DNA from: Escherichia coli
Lineage (GTDB): Bacteria > Pseudomonadota > Gammaproteobacteria > Enterobacterales > Enterobacteriaceae
NCBI RefSeq assembly: GCF_017348835.2
Contig: NZ_CP071375.1
Strand: one strand, 5' to 3'
DNA: 64,000 bases
Shown here: positions 20,140-30,297 of the stretch, piece after piece
Layout of the letters: every line of letters begins with the position of its first letter
Position numbering within the stretch: position 1 is the stretch's first letter
The notes under the pieces: model-generated
Told to the model about the DNA's origin: nothing
Databases searched by the model: none
The model's input: the letters and a program-made list of their open reading frames with translations, nothing else
Made by a program: the position numbers and the translations under genes

Positions 20140-21168
20140 TTATGCAGCAACGCCTTCCGGTATCAGCGAAGCAATTTGCTTACGCCATTGCGCTTGCTCC
20201 TGTTCGCCTTCTGTACGTTGACCATAAAGTTGCGCTATCTGCGTACCATCATGGGCAAACAATTCCAGACTGGTTACGTAGCCATCGCTGGTCGGTTTAC
20301 GGGTAACCCAGGCTTCAGCAATGCTCTCTTCTAATAGATGAAGAGTAAACGTCGGGTTGAAAATATTCAGCCAACCTTTCATTGGCACCACTTTTTCTAC
20401 CACACCGGTGAAAATCTGTACGCAGCCACGGTTGCCAACAAACACCATGATTTCATTACCATCCTGCTGTGCAGATTCAAGAATTTGCGCCAACGCACTG
20501 TTGGATACTTTGCAGGCCAAATCGTCCGCCACCAGATTGAACGCCTGTTGGCGCGTCAGGTTGTGGCGCTTGAGCAACGTAAAAAACTGATGAACGTCGG
20601 TCATCGCCCGCCACTCTTGCTCGACCACACTGGCATCGACTCGCGTTTGAACAACTGGCGCATCAACGGCTTTTAACTCAAGCGGCGTATTCTCATCGGT
20701 GATAAACCGTGCCAGAAGCTCACTCCATGCCGCCATATCGGTATTGTCGGTGGCATAAACTTTTAGTAATGCATCGCCCTGATGATCAAAGAACTGAATA
20801 CTTTGGCGTTCGCCACGAGCCGTGTTTTCTTTGATGTGGAAAACACTGGCCCATTGATTGAGAAACAGACGTAAATCCAGCGCGCGTGGATTGAGGATCA
20901 ATCCGGCATGTCCGTTCAAATGCTGGTTTGTGAACGCACCAACTTGCTCATGGACTGCATATTCATTACGGCAAATACATTTGGTCTCGCCAACACTTTC
21001 GAGCGCCGCCAGAATTTCACGGATATCGCCGCGCATCCGCCACGCATCGTGCGTGACGCGTGCAAATGCCAGTTCTGCTTCTCTAATATTCATTAACCCT
21101 GCGATGTCACGCGCGTACTTTCCGGGATTTTGTTCTTTTAACTCAAGCCAGCGTGTGTAGTGGTTCAT
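20140..21168 (-). CDS. chuS: Haem-degrading/trafficking protein ChuS (HemS/ShuS family, 342 aa)
   Basis: 342-aa ORF, convergent with dctR and directly downstream of chuA. HemS/ChuS-like sequence. Confidence 0.8.
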   Translation of the reverse strand: MNHYTRWLELKEQNPGKYARDIAGLMNIREAELAFARVTHDAWRMRGDIREILAALESVGETKCICRNEYAVHEQVGAFTNQHLNGHAGLILNPRALDLRLFLNQWASVFHIKENTARGERQSIQFFDHQGDALLKVYATDNTDMAAWSELLARFITDENTPLELKAVDAPVVQTRVDASVVEQEWRAMTDVHQFFTLLKRHNLTRQQAFNLVADDLACKVSNSALAQILESAQQDGNEIMVFVGNRGCVQIFTGVVEKVVPMKGWLNIFNPTFTLHLLEESIAEAWVTRKPTSDGYVTSLELFAHDGTQIAQLYGQRTEGEQEQAQWRKQIASLIPEGVAA

Positions 21169-21216
21169 TGTCTCTCTTCCTTCCAGATAAATGCCCCTAA
21201 ATATCGGGGCAGATGA

Positions 21217-23199
21217 TTACCATTGATAACTCACGAAAATTTTTCCGTTACGACCATCCTGTGGGATGCCTTGCGGCGACCAGTACTCTTTGTCGAAAGC
21301 GTTACCCAACACCAAAGTAGTGGTCATACCTTTGAGCGCCTGTTGTCCTTGATAACTGACGTAGAAATCATTCACGCCATAGCCTGGTTGTTTGCTGTAA
21401 CTGCTGCTGATATGTGTTGAGCGATCGGCAAACGTACCAACCCACCCAACAGAGAAGCCACTGTGAGCGATCGGAATATTCAGGGTGCTGGTAACGGTAT
21501 CCGGGTTAATGCTGGAGATGTATTCGCCGGTATCGGTGTCTTTGCCGCGGGTACGGTTATAGGCCACATCAAGGCTAAACAGATCAGTGGTATATTTCGT
21601 CATCACATCCCAGCCCCAGATTTTGGCGTTCGGGACGTTATACGACATAGTCGTCGCCGCCGCGAAATCGACGGTCGTGGAGATGTAATCCTTCGCTTTG
21701 GTATCAAAGTAGCTGGCTTTAAATTCCAGAGCATCATTGGACAACATCAGGTCATCAAAACGCAGCCCAAAACCGTACTCCTGAGTTTCGTTAGTTTCCG
21801 GACGTAAGTTCGGGTTTGACACCCAATAGTTGGTATAGAAGCGACCAATCGAGAAGTGCTTAGAATCGTTATACATTTCGCCCATCGTCGGGGCGCGGAA
21901 TGCCTGGGCATATGAGCCAAATAACATCAGCCAGTTAGTCGGATTGATAGTCATCCCCGCACGAGATGACCATTTGTCGGCATCAACATCTTTGTAACCG
22001 TCACTGCTACCGCGATAACTGTCATAGCGGGTTCCGCCAAGCAGGGTAATCGGCAGATCGCGTAAGGTGATCTCATCCTGTAGCCAGCCGGAGCTAAAAT
22101 CGATTTTTGCTTGCGGGAAGCCCGTCGTCGCGCCGCCCGGATGTTGTTCCTGACGATAATACTCACCGCCATATGTCAGTAAGTGAGAAGCGAAACTGTC
22201 GGCAAAGAGAGTGGAACGGTTCTCCAGCCTGGCTCCTTTTGTTATCTGTTCACGATACTCGCCGGAACTCCCCGTGTTTTGCGCATTAATACGGACTTCC
22301 GACCAATAAATTTTTGCATCTGCATTTAACCAGTCGTTGCCCTGCGGGGCGAGTTTATAAGAAAGCTGCGCATCGCGTTGAATTGTTGAACGATCAACCA
22401 TCGGGTTGCTGCTTTCAGAAGCCTCAACGGTCTGCGGATTTTTTGGTTCACGCGCGTCGTTGTTGTAGTAACGCACTAAACCGCTCAGAGACTGGGCTGA
22501 ATCAATTTGCCAGGTCCCTTTCGCCAGCATGTTATTAATGGACTCGTCATTCGGCGCGGTTTCACCATTGCTCTGGCGTAAATCACCCCGATCGCGACTG
22601 GACCAGGCCACAATACCATCCAGATTTTCAGTTCGCCCAAACGCGCTCGCGCCTAATCCCAGGCTATGGTCCCCCGTGCCGCCAGTACCAAAGACACGAA
22701 AACCACTGCTTTGTCCTTCCTGCAATAAATCTTTTGCATCGACCGTATCGTAGGAGATCACTCCACCCAGCGCGCCACTGCCATACAGTAATGCTGAAGG
22801 TCCGCGAACAATCTCAACACGCTTGATCAGCGCCGGATCGAGAAAAGTGCCATTCAGGTGTCCGGTATCCGTTCCCTGGCGAACACCATCGATAAGAACC
22901 AGCACGCCGCGATGATCATAGCCACGCATATTTACATCCTGACCGTTGGTTCGTCCGGTACCATCCAGAGTAATTCCAGGAACATGACGCAGCAGATCGG
23001 TGGCTGAAGTAGCCGTTTGATTTTCAGGAGCGGAAGTGTCGATGACGCTGACCATCATAGGCGCTTCGAAGGAACTACGGGCATTCCCCGTTGCCGTAAC
23101 GGTCATGGTTTCAGTAGCAAAAGCAAACGTTGGCAAGGTGGCAGAAACAGCCAAGGCCAATAAACTCAAACGCAACGAGGTAAATTGCGGACGTGACAT
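21217..23199 (-). CDS. chuA: TonB-dependent outer-membrane haem/haemoglobin receptor ChuA (660 aa)
   Basis: Signal peptide, TonB box (ETMTVTA) and C-terminal ...YQW ending on F/W typical of TonB-dependent receptors. 660 aa. Confidence 0.9.
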   Translation of the reverse strand: MSRPQFTSLRLSLLALAVSATLPTFAFATETMTVTATGNARSSFEAPMMVSVIDTSAPENQTATSATDLLRHVPGITLDGTGRTNGQDVNMRGYDHRGVLVLIDGVRQGTDTGHLNGTFLDPALIKRVEIVRGPSALLYGSGALGGVISYDTVDAKDLLQEGQSSGFRVFGTGGTGDHSLGLGASAFGRTENLDGIVAWSSRDRGDLRQSNGETAPNDESINNMLAKGTWQIDSAQSLSGLVRYYNNDAREPKNPQTVEASESSNPMVDRSTIQRDAQLSYKLAPQGNDWLNADAKIYWSEVRINAQNTGSSGEYREQITKGARLENRSTLFADSFASHLLTYGGEYYRQEQHPGGATTGFPQAKIDFSSGWLQDEITLRDLPITLLGGTRYDSYRGSSDGYKDVDADKWSSRAGMTINPTNWLMLFGSYAQAFRAPTMGEMYNDSKHFSIGRFYTNYWVSNPNLRPETNETQEYGFGLRFDDLMLSNDALEFKASYFDTKAKDYISTTVDFAAATTMSYNVPNAKIWGWDVMTKYTTDLFSLDVAYNRTRGKDTDTGEYISSINPDTVTSTLNIPIAHSGFSVGWVGTFADRSTHISSSYSKQPGYGVNDFYVSYQGQQALKGMTTTLVLGNAFDKEYWSPQGIPQDGRNGKIFVSYQW

Positions 23200-23486
23200 A
23201 GCGATTCTCCATGAGGAAAATAAAAAATGCTGGCTGCCTGGGTTAATACCGGGGTGGCTGGCGAAAAATAAATTTATTTAAAATTCAGAGCGATAATATT
23301 CGCCGGGTGAGTTTACAGGCGTTTATATCCCATGAAATTGCCTGATAACTCGGCAATTACGCAAAAGCACGCCCTCTTTGTCAGGCAAAACGATATGCCC
23401 CATCAGGAGTGAAGAGAGCTGTGCGTTATCCCTTGCAAATGCTATGGTTTTGTTATCCATATGGTCGTGTTTTGTTAAATGCAAAC

Positions 23487-23508
23487 GTGATAATGAGAAT
23501 TATTATCG
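23487..23508. promoter_or_regulatory. Fur box (GTGATAATGAGAATTATTATCG) for chuA. About 290 nt upstream of the start codon, implying a long leader.
   Basis: Near-consensus match to GATAATGATAATCATTATC. Confidence 0.75.
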
Positions 23509-23836
23509 ATCAATTTTTTATGATCAAGTTTTTTTTTAACCACCATTAACACAATAAACAGGGGGTTATGAAACCTATCCTGCGCCCTGTAAACCACCTT
23601 GTTTTTATGGTTATCCCCCCATGCCTCATCACTAAATTTTGTCGTTAACAGTGATAATTTTTTCTTCTCTTTGCTCTGCAAGCCTCGATATCTCTGGGTT
23701 CTCAGCTTTTTCCTGCGATGAAATTTAGTCGGTAACAAGAACGTTAGCTGACGAAGCATCTTGATAAAAATCAAAAATAAATACGCTTGTAACGCCTTGC
23801 GTATTGAATCGACGGTTGTATTTCATATATAACTCA

Positions 23837-23878
23837 AATGATAATCATGATCATTCTCAATTTGATAAGAGTTCTCAT
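23837..23878. promoter_or_regulatory. Tandem Fur boxes (AATGATAATCATGATCATTCTC + AATTTGATAAGAGTTCTCAT) for the chuTWXYUV operon
   Basis: Two adjacent Fur-consensus-like hexamer arrays immediately upstream of the chuT start at 23882. Confidence 0.7.
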
Positions 23879-23881
23879 ATT

Positions 23882-24796
23882 ATGCCAAGGATCATCACCA
23901 GGCCGTTTCTTTTTTCCCCACTGACGTTATGTATTTCAGCCGTGGCCTCTGCCGCGAAGAGCACGGTAAAACGAAAAAAATTGTTTACGGCAGTACTGGC
24001 TCTTAGCTGGGCTTTTAGCGTAACGGCTGCCGAACGTATCGTGGTCGCAGGAGGATCGCTGACGGAGCTAATCTACGCGATGGGCGCTGGCGAACGCGTG
24101 GTTGGTGTCGATGAAACGACATCTTATCCACCAGAAACCGCCAAACTGCCGCATATTGGCTACTGGAAACAACTCAGCAGCGAAGGCATTTTGTCACTTC
24201 GCCCGGATAGCGTAATTACCTGGCAGGATGCTGGACCGCAAATTGTGCTCGACCAACTACGGGCGCAGAAAGTCAACGTCGTTACCCTGCCGCGTGTGCC
24301 TGCCACCCTTGAGCAGATGTACGCCAACATTCGCCAACTGGCAAAAACGTTACAGGTTCCTGAACAAGGGGACGCGCTGGTGATACAGATCAACCAACGC
24401 CTGGAGCGAGTACAGCAAAACGTGGCAGCCAAAAAAGCCCCGGTTAAAGCCATGTTTATTCTCTCCGCAGGCGGAAGTGCGCCACAAGTTGCCGGTAAAG
24501 GCAGCGTCGCGGACGCCATTCTTTCGCTTGCCGGAGCAGAAAACGTCGCTACCCACCAGCAGTACAAAAGCTACAGTGCAGAATCACTGATTGCGGCTAA
24601 CCCTGAAGTGATTGTCATAACCTCACAAATGGTCGATGGCGATATTAATCGGCTACGTTCTATTGCTGGAATTACCCACACTGCCGCATGGAAAAACCAG
24701 CGCATTATCACCGTTGATCAAAACCTGATTCTGGGAATGGGTCCGCGTATTGCTGATGTCGTTGAGTCTTTACACCAGCAGCTTTGGCCGCAATAA
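23882..24796 (+). CDS. chuT: Periplasmic haem-binding protein ChuT (304 aa)
   Basis: The ATG at 23882 gives 304 aa and places the Fur boxes upstream. The longer ORF from 23804 would overlap the Fur operator. ABC substrate-binding-protein-like sequence. Confidence 0.75.
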   Translation: MPRIITRPFLFSPLTLCISAVASAAKSTVKRKKLFTAVLALSWAFSVTAAERIVVAGGSLTELIYAMGAGERVVGVDETTSYPPETAKLPHIGYWKQLSSEGILSLRPDSVITWQDAGPQIVLDQLRAQKVNVVTLPRVPATLEQMYANIRQLAKTLQVPEQGDALVIQINQRLERVQQNVAAKKAPVKAMFILSAGGSAPQVAGKGSVADAILSLAGAENVATHQQYKSYSAESLIAANPEVIVITSQMVDGDINRLRSIAGITHTAAWKNQRIITVDQNLILGMGPRIADVVESLHQQLWPQ

Positions 24797-24815
24797 ATGG
24801 ATTTAAATCAGACGA

Positions 24816-26153
24816 ATGAACGCAAATAACACCCTGGATCTCACGCCACATTTTGCTTTAGACGGTGATCAGCCATTTAAAGACAGGCGCGCCATGATGC
24901 CGTTTCGTGGAGCCATTCCGGTTGCCAAAGAGCAACTGGCACAGACCTGGCAAGAGATGATCAATCAAACGGTATCACCACGTAAGCGACTGGTTTACCT
25001 ACACATTCCTTTTTGTGCGACACACTGCACGTTTTGTGGCTTTTATCAGAACCGTTTTAATGAAGATGCGTGTGCTGATTATACCGACGCCCTGATTCGT
25101 GAAATAGAAATGGAAGCGGACAGCGTATTGCATCAGTCTGCCCCCATCCACGCGGTCTATTTCGGTGGCGGCACGCCTTCCGCGCTTTCGGCACACGATT
25201 TGGCCAGAATTATCAACACATTACGAGAAAAGCTGCCACTGGCCCCTGATTGTGAAATCACTATCGAAGGCCGGGTACTGAATTTTGACGCTGAGCGAAT
25301 CGATGCTTGTCTTGATGCAGGAGCAAACCGCTTCTCAATTGGTATCCAGTCGTTTAACAGCAAAATCCGCAAGAAAATGGCCCGCACCTCGGATGGCCCA
25401 ACCGCCATTGCGTTTATGGAAAGCCTGGTCAAACGTGACCGTGCTGCGGTGGTCTGTGACCTGCTGTTTGGCCTGCCGGGTCAGGATGCGCAAACCTGGG
25501 GAGAAGATCTGGCTATTGCCCGCGATATCGGTCTCGATGGCGTCGATCTCTATGCGCTCAATGTCCTGCCCAATACACCGCTGGGCAAAGCCGTGGAAAA
25601 TGGGCGTACTACCGTGCCCTCTCCGGCAGAACGTCGCGATCTTTATCTGCAAGGGTGTGACTTCATGGACGAAGCCGGTTGGCGCTGTATTAGTAACAGC
25701 CACTGGGGCCGTACCACACGCGAACGCAATCTCTATAACCTGCTGATAAAACAAGGTGCCGATTGTCTGGCCTTTGGTTCCGGAGCCGGCGGTTCGATTA
25801 ATGGTTACTCCTGGATGAACGAACGCAATCTTCAGACCTGGCATGAATCCGTCGCGGCAGGCAAAAAACCGCTGATAATGATCATGCGTAACGCCGAACG
25901 TAATGCGCAATGGCGTCATACCTTGCAGTCAGGTGTTGAAACAGCGCGTGTACCGCTGGATGAACTTACGCCACATGCCGAAAAACTCGCGCCGTTACTG
26001 GCTCAATGGCACCAAAAAGGCTTAAGTCGCGATGCTTCAACTTGCCTGCGGCTGACTAATGAAGGTCGTTTCTGGGCAAGCAATATTTTGCAGTCTCTTA
26101 ATGAACTAATTCAGGTACTTAATGCGCCAGCGATTGTGCGTGAAAAACCATAA
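24816..26153 (+). CDS. chuW: Radical-SAM anaerobic haem-degrading methyltransferase ChuW (445 aa, CxxxCxxC)
   Basis: HIPFCATHCTFCGFY radical-SAM cysteine motif. HemN-like. 445 aa. Confidence 0.85.
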   Translation: MNANNTLDLTPHFALDGDQPFKDRRAMMPFRGAIPVAKEQLAQTWQEMINQTVSPRKRLVYLHIPFCATHCTFCGFYQNRFNEDACADYTDALIREIEMEADSVLHQSAPIHAVYFGGGTPSALSAHDLARIINTLREKLPLAPDCEITIEGRVLNFDAERIDACLDAGANRFSIGIQSFNSKIRKKMARTSDGPTAIAFMESLVKRDRAAVVCDLLFGLPGQDAQTWGEDLAIARDIGLDGVDLYALNVLPNTPLGKAVENGRTTVPSPAERRDLYLQGCDFMDEAGWRCISNSHWGRTTRERNLYNLLIKQGADCLAFGSGAGGSINGYSWMNERNLQTWHESVAAGKKPLIMIMRNAERNAQWRHTLQSGVETARVPLDELTPHAEKLAPLLAQWHQKGLSRDASTCLRLTNEGRFWASNILQSLNELIQVLNAPAIVREKP

Positions 26154-26165
26154 CAGGAGTGATTT

Positions 26166-26660
26166 ATGAGCCATGTCTCGTTACAAGAATTTTTGAAAAC
26201 GGAGCCGGACGGTACGCTGGAGGTGGTAGCCGAACAATACAACACCACACTGCTGGAGGTAGTGAGAAATCTACCCTCCTCTACCGTAGTGCCAGGCGAT
26301 AAATTCGATACTGTCTGGGATACCGTCTGCGAATGGGGCAACGTCACCACGTTAGTACATACTGCCGATGTAATCCTCGAATTTAGCGGCGAACTGCCTT
26401 CGGGTTTCCATCGCCACGGCTATTTCAACCTACGCGGAAAGCACGGCATGTCCGGGCATATCAAAGCAGAAAACTGCACGCATATTGCCTTAATCGAACG
26501 TAAATTTATGGGCATGGACACCGCGTCCATTCTCTTTTTCAACAAAGAAGGCAGCGCCATGCTGAAAATCTTCCTCGGCAGGGATGACCATCGTCAGCTC
26601 CTGAGCGAACAAGTCAGCGCCTTCCATACTCTGGCGGCATCGTTAAAGGAACACGCCTGA
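26166..26660 (+). CDS. chuX: Haem-binding protein ChuX (164 aa)
   Basis: Position and size in the chuW-X-Y operon. Confidence 0.75.
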   Translation: MSHVSLQEFLKTEPDGTLEVVAEQYNTTLLEVVRNLPSSTVVPGDKFDTVWDTVCEWGNVTTLVHTADVILEFSGELPSGFHRHGYFNLRGKHGMSGHIKAENCTHIALIERKFMGMDTASILFFNKEGSAMLKIFLGRDDHRQLLSEQVSAFHTLAASLKEHA

Positions 26661-27283
26661 TGACGCCGTGGCTACTCTTTGGCGCAGGCGGAAAAGGTGT
26701 GGGTGCCAGAACGCTTGAACTGGCACTGGCGGAACAACGTCCGGTCGTTGCTGTCATTCGTCATGCCGATGCCGCCACGAAACTGGCGCAACAAGGCGTA
26801 CAGGTTTTTACAGGCGACGCCTGTGATGCCAGCGTAGTCGCGGCTGCTTGCCGCGCAGCTGGCCCGGATGCGCTTATCATCTCAACAATGGGAGGAGCTC
26901 AGGATTATCTGGCGCACAGAACAGTGATTGATGAGGCCGAAAAGGCAGGCATCAGTCGCATGATTCTGGTGACTTCTTTGGGATGCGGCGATAGTTGGCC
27001 GTTCTTATCGGATCGGGCAAAAGCCGCGTTTGGTCAGGCGGTGCGCGAAAAGACACTGGCGGAAAGCTGGCTGCAAACCAGCCAGCTAGACTACGCCATT
27101 CTCCGCCCTGGTGGTCTGCTTGACGGCGCAGCAACAGGCAAAGCACAACGGGTACAAAATCAGGAGTGTCATGGTTTTGTCCGCCGTGCCGATGTCGCTG
27201 CACACATTCATGAACTGGCAAACGCGCCAGCACTCAACAAGCAGATCTACAGTCTGATTGAACCTGACCTGAAACCGGCGTAA
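26660..27283 (+). CDS. chuY: NAD(P)-dependent anaerobilin reductase ChuY (207 aa)
   Basis: Rossmann-like N-terminus. Start overlaps the chuX stop (TGATG). Confidence 0.75.
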   Translation: MTPWLLFGAGGKGVGARTLELALAEQRPVVAVIRHADAATKLAQQGVQVFTGDACDASVVAAACRAAGPDALIISTMGGAQDYLAHRTVIDEAEKAGISRMILVTSLGCGDSWPFLSDRAKAAFGQAVREKTLAESWLQTSQLDYAILRPGGLLDGAATGKAQRVQNQECHGFVRRADVAAHIHELANAPALNKQIYSLIEPDLKPA

Positions 27284-27333
27284 TCCCATGCGGCGCAGAC
27301 TCTCCGCGCCGCAACGTCATAACGGAGTTTTGC

Positions 27334-28326
27334 GTGCTCAAGGATTCATTTTCATCCGCCAGGGTCTTTATGGGGCTATCACTATTATTGCTTGCCCTGG
27401 TGCTGTTCGGTGCCAGTCAGGGAGCGTTAAAGATCAGTTTTGATGCCCTTTTTGATGAGGAATACCGCGATATCTGGCTCAATATTCGTCTACCACGGGT
27501 TTTGCTGGCGGTGCTGGTAGGTGCAGCGTTGGCAACCGCAGGGGTAATTATGCAGGGGCTTTTTCGTAACCCAATGGCTGACCCAGGATTACTTGGCGTC
27601 AGTAGCGGTTCTGCATTAATGGTTGGCGTTGCTATTGTGCTGCCCTTCTCCTTCCCAGTGGTTCTGGTGCTCTATGAGCAAATGGTGTTTGCCATTGCCG
27701 GAAGTTTAGTAGTCTGCACCATCATTTTTCTCATCACGCAGCGCCATCGCGATGGCAGCATGATGCAATTATTACTCGCCGGTATCGCCATCAATGCCCT
27801 GTGCGGCGCAGCGATCGGCATCCTGAGCTATATCGGCGATGAGCAGCAGCTACGACAACTCACATTGTGGATGATGGGCAATCTTGGACAGGCGCAATGG
27901 CCGACGTTATTGGTTGCCAGTTCATTCATCCTACCGGCCATTATCGCAACAACTTGTCTCGCCGGAACGCTGAATTTACTGCAGCTCGGTGATGAAGAAG
28001 CCCATTACCTCGGCGTGAACGTTAAGCGTAAACGCCAGCAATTACTGTTAGTGAGCTCACTGCTCGTTGGTGCTGCCGTATCGGTAAGCGGCATTATCGG
28101 CTTTATTGGCCTGGTGATCCCGCATCTGATTCGCATGACTACCGGAGCAAATCACCGCTGGCTAATCCCTTGTTCCGCCCTCGCCGGGGCCTGTTTATTG
28201 CTGATGGCTGACACGCTTGCCCGCACGCTGGTACAGCCAGCAGAAATGCCCGTGGGATTATTAACCAGCCTGCTTGGTGGCCCTTATTTTATGTGGTTGA
28301 TTCTGCGAAATCGGAGGATCACATGA
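27334..28326 (+). CDS. chuU: Haem ABC transporter permease ChuU (FecCD family, 330 aa)
   Basis: Polytopic FecCD-type permease. Confidence 0.85.
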   Translation: MLKDSFSSARVFMGLSLLLLALVLFGASQGALKISFDALFDEEYRDIWLNIRLPRVLLAVLVGAALATAGVIMQGLFRNPMADPGLLGVSSGSALMVGVAIVLPFSFPVVLVLYEQMVFAIAGSLVVCTIIFLITQRHRDGSMMQLLLAGIAINALCGAAIGILSYIGDEQQLRQLTLWMMGNLGQAQWPTLLVASSFILPAIIATTCLAGTLNLLQLGDEEAHYLGVNVKRKRQQLLLVSSLLVGAAVSVSGIIGFIGLVIPHLIRMTTGANHRWLIPCSALAGACLLLMADTLARTLVQPAEMPVGLLTSLLGGPYFMWLILRNRRIT

Positions 28327-29093
28327 TCAGCGCCCAGAATCTGGTTTATAGCCTTCAGGGGCGGCGTCTGACTGATAATGTCTCGCTGACTTTTCCCGGT
28401 GGGGAAATTGTTGCCATTCTCGGCCCTAATGGTGCGGGAAAATCTACGCTGCTTCGCCAGTTAACCGGCTATCTTCAACCTGATAGCGGCGAATGTCGGT
28501 TGTTTAATAAGCCATTAAATGAGTGGTCGATTACTGAACTGGCGAAACACCGGGCCGTGATGCGTCAAAATAGCCACATGGCGTTTCCATTCAGCGTACA
28601 AGAAGTTATCCAGATGGGTCGGCATCCGCATCGTACTGGTAATCAGGATAATGAAACAGCACAAATAATGGCGTTATGTGACTGTCAGGCGTTAGCAAAC
28701 CGCGACTATCGGCAATTATCCGGTGGTGAACAACAGCGCGTGCAATTAGCGCGCCTGCTGGTGCAACTCTGGGAACCTACTCCCTCACCGAAATGGTTAT
28801 TTCTTGATGAACCAACTTCGGCGCTGGATATTCACCATCAGCAGCACTTGTTCCGTTTATTACGCCAGTTAGTTCACGAACGGCAGTTCAATGTTTGCTG
28901 CGTATTGCACGATCTAAATCTTGCCGCGCGTTATGCAGACCGTATTGTATTAATGCAAAAAGGAAAGGTTATCGCAAATGGTAAACCGCAGGACGTATTG
29001 ACACAGCAGGCGCTGACAATGCTCTACGGCGCGGATATTACCGTACTTAAAGATCCTGCCAACCATTCACCACTGATCGTCCTCGATCATTAA
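28323..29093 (+). CDS. chuV: Haem ABC transporter ATPase ChuV/HmuV (256 aa). ATGA overlap with the chuU stop.
   Basis: Walker [10 protein letters not shown], signature LSGGEQQR, Walker B LFLDE. The ATG at 28323 overlaps the chuU TGA. Confidence 0.85.
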   Translation: MISAQNLVYSLQGRRLTDNVSLTFPGGEIVAILGPNGAGKSTLLRQLTGYLQPDSGECRLFNKPLNEWSITELAKHRAVMRQNSHMAFPFSVQEVIQMGRHPHRTGNQDNETAQIMALCDCQALANRDYRQLSGGEQQRVQLARLLVQLWEPTPSPKWLFLDEPTSALDIHHQQHLFRLLRQLVHERQFNVCCVLHDLNLAARYADRIVLMQKGKVIANGKPQDVLTQQALTMLYGADITVLKDPANHSPLIVLDH

Positions 29094-29105
29094 AAGCAAC
29101 AGGAG

Positions 29106-29134
29106 TACCGCACTGGTACTCCTGCGAATAAATA
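29106..29134. terminator. Bidirectional stem-loop between chuV and yhiD (caggagtaccgcactggtactcctg)
   Basis: Perfect inverted repeat between the two convergent stops. Confidence 0.7.
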
Positions 29135-29144
29135 ACTATACAGA

Positions 29145-29792
29145 TTAGCTAATTGAAACGCCTTTCACCCCTGCCATACCTTTTAATAATCGCAACAGAT
29201 CTTCTATCGACGTTGTGGCATGAAGCTGGATATCAATGGCGACCACTTCATGATCTTCATTTTCCTGCAACGAAACTAAATCAGTTTTTATTTTTTGCTG
29301 CTTAAACCAGTCGAGCATTGATACCGTATTACCGTTCACTAATGTCAGCTGTAAATGGTAATTTTTGTTCATCAGGCGGAAGGTTAATTGATGGAAGACT
29401 TCCAGCACCAGCAAGGTCATCACTGAACCATAAATACCCAGTTCGTACATACCACTGCCAATAACCATACCTATGGCGGCGGTCACCCAGATATCCGCTG
29501 CCGTCGTCAAACCTACAATATTTTGGTTACGAACGAGAATGTTACCTGCACCGATAAACCCGACGCCCGTCACCACCTGAGCAGCAATACGGCTGGGGTC
29601 CAGTCCGACGTGATCTAAAGACAGTACGTCAGCAAAACCATATTTCGAAACAATCATAAACAGGGCGCTTCCCATGCCAATTAATACATGTGTGCGTAAC
29701 CCTGCTCCTTTGCCGCGCATTTGCCTTTCCATGCCAATAGCGCCACAGGCAATTGCCGCGAGTATAAGACGTATAATAAATTCTGCTGTCAT
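29145..29792 (-). CDS. yhiD: MgtC-family inner membrane protein YhiD (215 aa)
   Basis: MTAEFIIRLILAAIACGAIGMERQ... is the MgtC/SapB signature. Confidence 0.85.
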   Translation of the reverse strand: MTAEFIIRLILAAIACGAIGMERQMRGKGAGLRTHVLIGMGSALFMIVSKYGFADVLSLDHVGLDPSRIAAQVVTGVGFIGAGNILVRNQNIVGLTTAADIWVTAAIGMVIGSGMYELGIYGSVMTLLVLEVFHQLTFRLMNKNYHLQLTLVNGNTVSMLDWFKQQKIKTDLVSLQENEDHEVVAIDIQLHATTSIEDLLRLLKGMAGVKGVSIS

Positions 29793-29855
29793 ATAAAAAT
29801 GCAAAAAGGAGCAGCAAGATGGCTCAACTTGCTACTCCTTTTTACTTGTACCTCA

Positions 29856-30182
29856 TTAATTCGGCAAGTCATTAGATGCTTGATTTTTGAAGGTATACAA
29901 ATTTTTCTGCGGGTTTTTCTTGCAGTATTCGATCACTTTAGGAATTTGAGTGAGATCGGTTTCATTTAAAGTAACGGTATCGCCACCTTTATATACTGTT
30001 TCTTCATGCAGCATCCACCATGCAACCGGGGTCATTGCTTTTGGATTCAGATCAATAAATTCCTGGCAGGTCATATCTTTAGCGGATTCATTGGCTGCCA
30101 GCGCAGATTGTGCGTTCACCAGTGACAAAGCCGCTACAGCGCCCATAAAAATAAACGCTTTACGGAGAGATGAAATATTCAT
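29856..30182 (-). CDS. hdeB: Periplasmic acid-stress chaperone HdeB (108 aa)
   Basis: MNISSLRKAFIFMGAVAALSLVNAQSALA... Synteny supports the call. Confidence 0.9.
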   Translation of the reverse strand: MNISSLRKAFIFMGAVAALSLVNAQSALAANESAKDMTCQEFIDLNPKAMTPVAWWMLHEETVYKGGDTVTLNETDLTQIPKVIEYCKKNPQKNLYTFKNQASNDLPN

Positions 30183-30297
30183 TTTGTAACCCATTCAATA
30201 TAGAGATTATATATGAACAGGAGGAATAGCTGCTTTTAAAGAAGATATTCCGGCCTGTTCAATATGCAAGGAAGTACGATGTAACGCATTCCCGGAA

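Noticed and set aside
23475-23774. 99-aa lysine-rich minus-strand ORF in the chuA-chuT intergenic region
   Set aside because: It overlaps the Fur operator and the chuA leader, has no RBS, and shows an AT-rich non-coding composition. It is more likely regulatory DNA.
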